A stretch of DNA of 62,950 bases, filler included, from Kipferlia bialata (Eukaryota), in assembly GCA_003568945.1 (NCBI GenBank). It is 3 parts of 3 records of this genome, joined end to end, with 100 filler letters (N's around TTAATTAATTAA, not from the genome) between each part and the next. Parts side by side here need not be neighbours in the genome. Positions count along the whole stretch, not along the records: positions 46,092 to 62,950 come from BDIP01000325.1; 2 more parts are not named here. One strand, given 5' to 3'. Positions 52,101-62,950 of the stretch are shown here, piece by piece. The first letter of the stretch is position 1, and each line of letters opens with the position of its first letter. The position numbers and the translations under genes were made by a program. The notes below the pieces were generated by a model, which worked only from the letters and a program-made list of their open reading frames with translations, was not told where the DNA came from and made no database searches.

Positions 52101-55100
52101 GATGCAACGTGAGTAGATGTATATCTGCTAATTAGTGTGTCCACAATATCCACATGATATATACTCTCTCTGACCGCCAAGTCACTCTCTCTCTATGTTG
52201 CCTTGTTCTAGTCTCTCTCTATATATATATTGACACTCTCTCACCCCCAGCCAGTCCCTGCTGCACCAGGCCTGGACCTGTGGCAACACACAGCTGGTCA
52301 GACTGCTGCTCAGGTACAGTTGATGTACACTATACATCAGTATATATATGACCCTTGACATGTAGTAACACATAGCTAGACTACTCCTGGAAGTAGAATT
52401 CCTTAGGCATTCATTGGAATATTTGGAACTATGTTCAAATACTTACTAGCAGAGTTGGCAATTGTGATGCTGTGGATGGCCAGGGCCGCACCCTCCTTCA
52501 CCTGGCAGCACAGGCAGGGGACATTGTCATGGTGTCAGACCTCATAGGGTAGGGTTGAGACGTTTGTATATAATATGTGTTGATATTGGGACTCTCTACT
52601 GGATACTGCGGATATTTTCAGACTCACCCCTGCACCGACTGGACAGGACCATCTCTCTCTCTCTCTCTCTATTTATGTATCCCTTCTCTAACCCCAGCAC
52701 CGACTGTGACAAGAGTGTGCAGGACAGGCATATTCTCTCTCTCTATCTCCCCATCTATGTATATAGATTGTATTTATACCCTCTCTCATACTAGCACCGA
52801 CTGTGACAAGACAGTACAGGACAGGGCAGGGGATGTGGCACTCCACGTGGCAGCCAGGGAGGGGCACCAGGTATAGATACATATGTAGAGATATAGATTA
52901 TTGAATATATATAGATATATCAGTACTGATACTGATACTGATGTGGCACTCCACGTGGCAGCCAGGGGCACCAGGTATATTTACACACATACCCATATTC
53001 CTCCATATGCATGGCAAGTGAGGTCACCTGGTATGGAGTCCCTTCCACATATGTATGTGTTATTATTGTCTAGTATTTACTTACCCCCAAGGCCGTTGTC
53101 GCCCTCCTCCTCAGAGCCAGGGCCAGAGTACAGGCACAGACACGGAACCACGACGGACTCACTCCTAGGTAGGGTGGATATATCCAATATCCATATATAC
53201 CTTGTATATTGTTCATACCCTCATCCCAGGGACGTAGCCTCTCTGTCGTGCCAGTCCCTCTTTGACGACATATCCATAGGGTGTCTGCCCTGTACTGGTA
53301 TGGCCAGGGTGGGGAGGGAGAGGGGGTGTGCAGAGGGAGAGGGGGAGAGAGAGACTGACAGTGCAGAGAGTGTCTCTGACAGTGTGCAGCGCTCTGTCTT
53401 CTACCCCCTCCGTACCAGGTCCCTACCCATCACACTCTCTGCAGCAGAGGGAGACGGATCACATGCTAGGTATGGATCTATGAATTCACAATTCTCTCTC
53501 ATCGAGGCCATTTTCCAATGTGATACGTATATGTGCCACACTCACTGTACTAAACTGTTGCATCCATCTATATATGTGTCGTATGGATACTCACTTCCCA
53601 TCCCTCACCTCAGGGACATGGTGCAGGAGCTTGGCGAGGGAGAGGCCGATGCTGAGAGCACCGGAGAGCTATCCATGGGGGAGATGGAGAGAGAGGGAGA
53701 GAGAGACACCGAGGAGGAGAGGGTGCTTGTCGTCGGGGATGCCCTGTGGGTAGTGGGACACCACGCAGTGCACGTGTTCAATGCTAGGTGCGTTCTACAT
53801 ATACATGGAGTTCATCCCGTACTAGTGTATGGTCCTTACTGTCTTACCCCAGCGGTGCTTCCTTCGTCGGTTCGTCCTCCCTGCCTGAGGGTGTGTCTCC
53901 CGATGACCTGCTACCCCTATCCACCCCACCCCTTGGCAGAGGGAGAGGGAGAGACACGGAGAGAGAGGGCCCTGTTGTGTGGGCCCTGCCCTCTGTGGGT
54001 CAGGACATCACCCCTCTGCCACAGGAGGAGGGGGAGGATACCCCCGCTCTCTACACTCACTCTGTGCCTAGACTGCTGTCTAGAGCGGGTAATGCCCAGT
54101 CGTCCCTAGCTGCTTCGTTTGACGAGGGTGACATTGACCAGCTAGAGAGAGAGAGAGACGGGGAGGGCGAGGAGGAAGACGTCGTGTCTGCCGCTGCCAC
54201 TGGCAGAGCACTCTCCATATACAACGGGACACCTGCCGCTCTGATTATGGGCAGCGCTGCACCAATCATTGGAATTAGCGACGCGTACGCAGAGGTATCA
54301 TTGGAATAATCTAAGAACTACTCGATATTTACATTGTGTGTATATATATACTTGTCATGTCTGACCCCTCAGCCGTCTGTCCTTGGCGACAGATCCACCG
54401 AGGGTGTCTACCACTCTGGGTCGTCTTCCAAGAGAGGTCCCTCCCCCGTACACTGTGTGTATGCCCTGACTGCTGATGGCACCCTGTACCTACTCAAGGA
54501 GAGAGAGGGAGACCGGGAGGCAGAGGAGGGGGAGAGAGAGAGGGATGAGTACGATCCCCGTGGCACTATTGAGAGAGAGAGAGAGAGGCGCAGAGGCAGG
54601 CAGAGAGAGGGACAGCATGTTTATGATGTCGTGGCTTCTCAGGACTTAGGCATTCTGCAGGTACCGACAGTTTCTTACATCACTGTATGTGTACATTCAT
54701 CGTGTTTCTTACCCCAGTCCCGCCTGACCGACACTATATCCTCCCTGTCCCTCCCGTCCTTCACACTGTCCCCTGTGCACTCCCAATCATCTGGATCATC
54801 CGGATCATCTGGCCTGTCACACCTAGGCTGTGTGTGTGTCAGTGAGGAGCTGGGTCTAGTCCTTTACGCAGATCCCAGGTATATCTAAGCTTCTATGTCA
54901 TTTCTATACTCATCACCGTATGTGTGTTAGAGTTCTGGGTTCTTCACACTTGTTCTATCCCCTCACCCCCAGGGAAGGTGTCGAGACCTGTCTGCTTAGT
55001 GTCAACACAATGTTCGCAGAGGAGGGGTGAGTGTATTCAAATCATATAGCCGCCAATACTACCACACGGGTTTCTCTTGCTCTCTCTCACATCAAGTGAC

Positions 55101-55355
55101 ACGTCCATCTCGGGTGCCATTGTGCACATGACTGTACTCTACTTCCGGATCTCCTACACTGTCTGTATATATACTTGTCCGTGCCATCTTATCCTCAGTG
55201 ACACCTCCATCTCCGCTGCCATTGTACATATGACCAGTGACACAGAGAGAGAGACAGAGGCAGAGAGTGAGGCAGATGCCGCAGAGCATGCCCTCCAGAC
55301 ATCCCTGGACATATCCACGCCCAGGACACGGCAGACATCCTTGCTCATTGGACAG

Positions 55356-55394
<39 letters not shown>

Positions 55395-58300
55395 TATTGG
55401 ACAAGCCCTTTCTCCATTTCCACATGTCATATTGGTATCACATATGAGGACATGTATCTACTTACATATCCCCCACTCTCAGGGCAGCACTCTCATCCAG
55501 ACATATATATGGACATTGAGTGTCTCTCTCTATGTACATACCTCCTTCTCCTCTTCTCTAATGTCAGGGTAGTACACTTCATGTCATTCCAGACATATCA
55601 CGTCTCTACATCGACCAGACACACACCAGAGGTGGGTGTGGCGATAAGACCTGTCTAGATATGTTAAGTGTATCTCTTACACCCAGGTCAGAGTGATGAC
55701 CTCTCTGGAGACTCTGCCACCAGCCAGACAGGTGTGTCTCTATTTATGTCGTAATGTTTTACATCATATAGCAAGATCATGTCAAAGAGCATTCCATCCT
55801 CCTACGCCTGATGTCGTTTCAGTCAGAAATTTACCCCCAGGTGTCTCCATTGCCTCTGTGGACATCGACGCCGTGTATGGACCCCTGCACAGACACGGGT
55901 CACTCACTAGGCACCACATCAGGTAGCCTCTCTCTATCTGGTGTTTATTAAGATATATTTATATATATATATACATAGTATATGTATATTTGTGTTCATA
56001 TATATATATCTCTTGCCCACCTATGAATACTTGGCACATTGTGCAGAATGATGACCCTCTCTTCTGATGTTTAATGGTGGGACTGTACCTCCCTCTCTCT
56101 GACACCAGGCACATTGTTCAGAATGACGACAAGATCTGTGTCTTCAGCACCTTAACATCGACTGAGGCAGAGGACACACCCCGGAATGGGAGGGAGAGAG
56201 AGACGGAGAGGGGTGACGAGAGCTACATGCTTGTCCTCGCTGCCACTCCCTCCCTCCCCACCTCCCTAGTGAGTGCCACCAATGACACCGAGTGGGACGG
56301 AGAGGGTGCACACAGGGAGGGAGACAGTGACCTATCGGCATTCTACAGAGAGAGGCTCAGGAAGCTGGGTCTGGCCTGTGTGAGGCTGCCCCGCTCCTAC
56401 AACACTGCATTTACAGGGTCTAGGGTGGGATCTGTGGACCTGCAGGGAGGCATGTACTCACAGAAGAGAGAGAGAGAGAGCGGAGAGCACTTTGACGAGG
56501 GAGAGAGGGAGAGAGAGGCCCAGATGCAGCAGTACAACGATGCCAGGGACAGGGCTATTAGGGAGCAGGGGAGGTAGGAATCACCGTGTACTGTGTGTGT
56601 CACAGTCATGTGCAAGTAGAGTGCATATATAGGGATTACTCACGCTAGATACATCTACACTCTGCACGACTCCACCCTGTGTCAGTGGAGTGCCTCTGGC
56701 CGGTCCTTCCTGCACCTGTGCACGGAGGAGGCTGGCATACTGCGGTACGTGAATGTGTGTACTTTATACACTATTTGTGTGTACTTTATACACTATTGTG
56801 TGAGTTCAGTACTAGTATCACTATTATGTGCACCTGTGCCCGGAGGAGGCTGGCATACTGCGGTATGTTATACAGTAATAACTTACACTATATTTCATAT
56901 TCAGTATCACTAGTATGCATATTGCTCTTACCCAAGTACCGAGGCTGCTCTCAATCGTGTCAAGCGGCTGTGTCGCACCTTCCTATCCATCGAGAGGGAG
57001 AGGGAGAGAGACTCCACCTCCATGGACTATAGGAGGGCAGGAAGGGATACCTCCAAGGAGAGAGAGAGGGTCTGTCCCTCCTGGGCCAGGACCTTTGGGG
57101 GAGAGACACCACTGATGCTGGCAACAAGGCTGCAGGTATAGGAACCGCCATGGTCGAATGTTCATTTCATTGTTTGTGCATCCACTTGGTATCTCTAAAG
57201 TGTATCGTATTTTCTCGCCTTACCCCCCCAGGCCACCCAGACTGTGTCTGTCCTTGCCTCGTGTGGCATGGCCCATGCATCTGTACAGACAGTGTCAGGG
57301 GTCAATGCACTCTGGATAGCAGCCGTGCTCAACTCTCAGGTATCCTATACTATTATTCTACATTTGCCTTCTTCATACATCTTTCCCTCGCGTCATATTG
57401 TTCAAGGTTCAGTATATTATATTTACCATACAACTATTGTCCTACTTTGGCATGCTGTTGTATACCTCTCTCACCCCCAGGCCCTGTTGTCCCAGTAAGT
57501 ATATAACCCTTCCTCACTCCGATAGCACTATGTATTCCTATCCCCTTCACCCCCAGGCCCTTCTGTCCCAGGTCGTGGCAGCAGGAGGAGACGTCACACA
57601 AGAACTGACGGCATACCCAGGAGGTGGGATTCAGAAATCAAGCTTGACATACTATATTCCATAAAAAACAGTCTACTGTCTTCACTCCTAATTGTGAAAG
57701 ATGCCCTGTAGCTGAACGCTACTCTCTCCCCTCTTCCTCTCTCTCGTTCTTCTTACACTGCAGGTGCAGTTCTGGGTGCTGGTCTCCTCCACATCCTAGC
57801 TGCCACGGGTGACATGCAGAGACTGCACAGGGTGCTCAGCTGTGTGGACCCATCGAAGGTTAGTATAGTAATGCATTATAGATAGATGGAGATGTGTACA
57901 TGTATATAGTTGGTTATGTGTATAGATGCATGCAGAGACTGCACAGGGTGCTCAGCTGTGTTGATCCTTCTAAGGTTAGGATACTATTTATTACAGATAG
58001 ATGCAGATGTATATATACATATAGTTGGTTATGTGTATAGATACATGCAGAGACTGCACAGAGTACTCAGCTGTGTGGACCCATCGAAGGTAAGTATATA
58101 TATGTTCGGGTATCTACTATTTCATGTGTAGTCCGGTTCCAATACCATTGCTGTCTTAACCTTAGGTCCGTCTTGTTGTCAACACCATTGCCATCGGGGG
58201 GTGGTACAGGGGGGTCAGCCTTGAAGGTGTGTGGACTTCGTTTCGCTTTTGCTTCTCATTCGGAACCTCCAGCCAGATATGTACACGAGTATCTGTATGT

Positions 58301-60757
58301 AGTGTCTCACCCCAGGCACCCCCCTCACTATTTAGTCATGGATATAGTCTTTCTATAAGTCTCACCTACATGTAGTATATCCCTCACCCCAGGCACCCCC
58401 CTCCACGTGGCATGCCGTGCCAACAGGGTAGAGATGGTGGATGTGCTCATATCCAGATACGAGGTACTCTCTTTTCGCTCCTTACTAGACTCCCACTCAT
58501 ATCTAACCACCCCAGGCCGTTGTGAATGTCACCACGATGAGGCGACAGGAGGACGAGGGGGAGAGAGAGAGTGGCCAGACAGAGAAGGGCAGTGTGGGCT
58601 CTAGGTCTCCCTTGCACGTCGCACTGGTCCACAGGGCGGATACCCGTATAGTGGAGAGACTGCTCAAGGCCAGGGCAGGTGGGTGGCACATCGCGTACTT
58701 ATTGAGTCTACCAATCGTGTAGAGTATGTGTCTTCTCACCCCCCAGTTGTCAATGCCCCTGACCAGTCTGGGAAGACACCCCTGATCCTGGCTGTCTACC
58801 ATGCATCCAGGGACAGCACGAGGTATTGAGAGGGTGTTGTGTGTATATATATATGTAGAGAAATTGGGAGGGAGAGTGTGTGGCTGTGTACCATGCATCT
58901 AGAGACAGCACAGGGGATTGTATATACATGGAGAGAGAGTGTGTGCGTGAGAGGGAGTGTGTGTATGTGCGCTATGCATCTAGGGATAGTGCAAACTAAT
59001 ATCCTTACGTATATGTGTGTATAGTTGTTGATATCATACATGTACCCTAGTCTTACCCTCACCCCCAGGGATGGACGGGCCGAGGACAGTGTCAGGCTTC
59101 TCATCGAGGTATGGGCGAATTCTCACTCTCTCACACCACTTCTCTCTTGGTAGCAGTGTTCCTACCCGAACTGATCTTGCAAGCTGTCTTTATGTCTAAC
59201 TTCCCCAGGCTGGTGCTGACCTCGCCGTCCAGGACAACACCAACACCACGCCCCTCCACCAGTGTGCATTCTTGGGGTCGGAGAGCCTGCTGAGGTATAG
59301 TCATATACGTGTGTACTATACATACTGTATATTCATATATCCAGTCCTCTTATCTATCAGGTCGATGCTCGAGGCCCACACCCTGAGGCAGAGTGCGTCT
59401 GATGAGTCGGATGCCTCTCTGGTACTCAATGCACTCAATGCCAGGGGGAGAACACCCCTGGTACTCTCAGTGGAGTCCCATAGCATAGGTGGGTATATAT
59501 ACATATTTCCATATATTCATATTTATGTGGATAGGATCTCATACCGCCACTGGTACTCTCAGTGGAGTCACACTCCATAGGTATACTATATATATACATG
59601 GACACATATAGATATGCAGTGTATTATGTATATATATATACATTGACATATATATATGGATAGACTGGTCCTGTCAGTGGGTCGCATAGCATGGGTATGT
59701 ATATGTATATGGTATATTTATATATATATCTATATACATGTGTATGGATTGATTCTCATACTGCCACTGTTACTGTCGGTGGAGTCACCCAGTGTAGGTA
59801 TACTATATGGATACACATATATTTAATGATATTACACTGTGTAGTATATCCCTTACCCCCAGGCAAGGTGCAGGCCCTCCTGGAGTATGGGGCCAAGGTC
59901 AACCACGCAACGACTCTGCTGAAGAGGTATGGGGATGTAAGTAATGGTGTATTACTACATGTACTCGTTTGGATACTTGTCTGATCCCTCAGGGCTCAGC
60001 GTGAGAGGGAGAGAGAGAGAGAGAGAGACATGCAGGGAGACATGAATGGTGGACACCGGGTGGTGGAGAGAGAGAGGGTCGTGTTCCCTCTGCACTATGC
60101 AGTGCGGTACGTGCACTATCTAGTCTCATATGTATATATGTATATATATGTATATGTGTGTGTGTATGTCTCTGTTACTCACTCTCAGCACCGGCCAGCG
60201 TGACATTGTGAGACTGCTGATTGAGGCAGGGGCTGACCCCTTGGCCATGAACGAGGATGGGGAGACAGCGTACGAGGTACATTGCAACAGACTCTAGTCT
60301 TGTGTTCTGCCTTGCATCAGTATGTATACTCCATGTAGGATGTGATACTGACCCCAGGTTGCCTCTGACGATGTAGACATCCTCAACCTTATGCTCGGGT
60401 ACACCAGGAAGAGCCAGGGTACGCTTGGTTGCTATATTAGTCATACTAGTTATATTAGTTATTTAAGTTATATTAGTTATTATTAGTAGCTATATTTGTT
60501 GGCAGTAATTTCGAGTCCAAACAACAAATCCAGTATCAATGACTGATGATGTCATTTTGCAGTTGTACGTATACAGAGTACCTTCCTCTCTGACCCCAGG
60601 CACAGCTGCCGGGTGGGTGCCTGACGAGAGTGCCCCTAAGTGTCAGGTATCAATATCAGTAGATATATGTATTATATATATATATAGTGACCGACACTGC
60701 TCCAAAGTGTGTCAGGGTTTTTCTCTTTTACGAGTGTTAGGCCATTCTGTTGGCCGA

Positions 60758-60799
<42 letters not shown>

Positions 60800-61152
60800 C
60801 TCCTCATCCTTCTCACTAGTAGGTGTGCAGAGAGGTCTTCAGCACCACAGTTCGCAGACACCATTGCAGGTATGCTTGTACCATTATACAATGTAATGAC
60901 AACACTTCCATCACTGTTACACGTACAAGTTCACTATTACATCTGCTGGCTCTTACTCTAGGAACTGTGGCCGTGTGATATGCGATGAGTGCTCTATCAG
61001 AAAGGTCCCAATCACAAAGTTCAGACGCAAGGTATGCCTCTTCTCTCTCTACTTCTCTTCATAGATATATATATATATATATGTGTGTTTATGTGTAGCA
61101 ACAGTGCATGTGTGTATTCTTCTCGACATCAGGAGAGGGGGTTCAAGGAGTG

Positions 61153-61193
<41 letters not shown>

Positions 61194-61395
61194 GGCCCTC
61201 TTGCTTCCTCTCTATCTGGGCATGTGTCCATACCATTCTAACCAGGAGCGTGTGTTCAATGTATATATATATTGTATTATTCTATAAAGATATACATCTC
61301 ATCCTCAGGAGCGTGTCTGTAAGCAGTGCAAGGCAGCAGGTGGCCTGGATGCACTGACCCAGTTCAGATACTACGCCACACCCAACCAGTGGTAG
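46162..61395 (+). CDS. Giant multi-exon ankyrin-repeat protein with C-terminal FYVE zinc finger (possibly more than one gene; 5' end missing)
   Basis: Ankyrin motifs GRTPLLTAL, GRTLLHLAAQAG, GDVALHVAAREGH, GTPLHVACRAN, GKTPLILAVYH, GRTPLVLSVES. Terminal FYVE: GWVPDESAPKCQVCREVFSTTVRRHHCRNCGRVICDECS...ERVCKQC; stop TAG at 61393-61395. Confidence 0.8.
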
Positions 61396-61457
61396 TATCA
61401 ATAGACAGACTATAGTAGTAGTACGTAGAGTGCAATTTATGAATCAACGGTACATGA

Positions 61458-62430
61458 CTAGTATCCAGAGGCGCTGTGCCCCGGGTTACCCTCTCTGTAC
61501 TCTGCAACTCCCCTCCTCACCGCCTCCACCCTCTCTGCATCTGTGAGAGAGGGGTCGTTGACAGGACCCGCTATCTGCATCAGGAGCCGCCTGGCGTCGT
61601 TCGGCCTCACACTCTCTCTGCCGCTATGGGAGCGTATGTTGACACACCAGGGGGAGGGAACGTCCAGCCACTTAATCTGAATCTCTGAGGGGCGACCGTC
61701 CGTTAGAGCATCACGTAGGGGAATCATGGCCTCCACCTCACTGTTGCAGGCACCACGTGGCAGCGTGTGTACCAACCACCCGAGAAAGGGGTCAAACCTA
61801 TGTGGTAAGAGTAAGTGTGTGTGTGTGAGAAAGAGAGGGTAAAAAAGGGACCGACTTGGAAGGTGAGACAAGGGAGATTAGAGAAGAGTGGAACCTATAT
61901 AATGAGCCTAAGAGAGTGGGTGAATCATGAATTATTATGGATGAATGTGAGAGAAAGAGAATGTGATAGAAAGAGAATGTGTCAACTATGGAAGGGTGAA
62001 AAACTAGTATGGTAACAGGTAGAGTTGCAAAGGGAGGGGGAGATCGTATTGCAGTATGGGGCACTCACCTGTACTTCCTCCCATCCATCTTGGCCTCGGC
62101 TCTGCACTCCTGCTGCCATTTCTCATGCTGCTCTCTGGTCTCCTGACTGGTCTCCAAGCTCCACTCCTCACCCATATATCTCTCCTTCTCCTCCATCTCC
62201 TTCGCCTCCTTCTGGGTCAGCTCAGTGGGGTTCTCGTTCGGGTACTTAGCATTGTGCTCCCTCAGAAGCCCTAGAGCCCTCTGCGACAGATATAGGCCCC
62301 TGTTAATATAGGAGATGTCATACGCTACACACGTCTGGCCCTGGTGCCGCTGCAGGTATGCGTCGTAAGTATCACCCCCATGTATGTAGATGTCACCCTC
62401 GTGCTGGACTGTAGGCACAGTTGATTGCAT
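61458..62430 (-). CDS. Hypothetical protein, 2 exons (intron about 61798-62068)
   Basis: MQSTVPTVQHEGDIYIHGGDTYDAYLQRHQGQ...KYR/FDPFLGWLVHTLPRGACNSE...GRESV; in-phase GT-AG intron; paralog adjacent. Confidence 0.75.
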
Positions 62431-62595
62431 GGCTCTGTAAGAGGTTAGAGAAGTGCTTGAGCATTCACAGAGCATGTGTGTGGAGAGTTTTGAAAAGGGG
62501 TCTGGAAGAGAAACCGGAAAGTCTCAAAATCTCCGATTCTGATCTCCGATTCTGATGCCTTCGCTGGACTCTCTCTCCACACACTTCGCTGACAG

Positions 62596-62950
62596 ATGGC
62601 ACAGACGGCTAAGGAGGCACCCACTGAACATGACATGCCTCAGGCACAGCACGTGGGTGATATCTACGTGCAGGGTGATGACACGTACGATGCATACCTC
62701 CTGAGGCACAAGGGAGAGACATCCTGTGTATACAGTCCCGCTTATGGCTCAGGCGGCGTCACTATCTCAGAGAAGGCCAAGGCCCTGCTCAAGCAGCACT
62801 GGGAGCTATGCACTGCAAGGGGTATTGAGGAGAAGAAGAAGTACGGGGACAAATACGAGCCATACAGATTCCAGCCCTTTCTGGCCTGGCTCCTTGAGGT
62901 GTATCTGCCAAAGGGGGAGGGGGAGGTAAAGGAGATGTATAGAGGCCGTA
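62596..62950 (+). CDS. Hypothetical protein, paralog of the 61458-62430 gene; runs off the window
   Basis: Open frame MAQTAKEAPTEHDMPQAQHVGDIYVQGDDTYDAYLLRHKGETSCVYSPAYGSGGVTISEKAKALLKQH...YRFQPFLAWLLE aligns with the neighbouring gene. Confidence 0.75.
   Translation, partial: MAQTAKEAPTEHDMPQAQHVGDIYVQGDDTYDAYLLRHKGETSCVYSPAYGSGGVTISEKAKALLKQHWELCTARGIEEKKKYGDKYEPYRFQPFLAWLLEVYLPKGEGEVKEMYRGR

Overview
Intron-dense genomic DNA from an anaerobic flagellated protist. PFOR, cilium genes, (GA)n-derived ER-repeat proteins and branch points fused to the 3' splice site suggest a fornicate/metamonad such as Kipferlia (inferred). The window appears to be three contigs joined by artificial N44-TTAATTAATTAA-N44 spacers (22953-23052, 45992-46091). 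Genes were read by manual splicing: a very large CFAP65-like ciliary gene, a kinase relic, a Kelch-like protein, two unknown multi-exon genes, a bacterial-type ROK kinase and a hexapeptide O-acetyltransferase (both lacking 5' ends), an arrestin-like gene, proteasome alpha-4 (PSMA7), a kinesin, an OPA-family MFS transporter, Trm10, LRRC6/DNAAF11, partial PFOR, a giant ankyrin-FYVE gene and a head-to-head pair of paralogous unknown genes. Two intronic patterns stand out. (1) Introns contain 'echo' copies of adjacent exon ends, with the splice site retained, that differ from the real exon almost only at synonymous sites. (2) Fourteen intronic elements have the geometry of tRNA 3' halves (variable loop, T-arm, 7-nt acceptor strand, discriminator); 13 are antisense to the host pre-mRNA and their acceptor sequences differ between copies.
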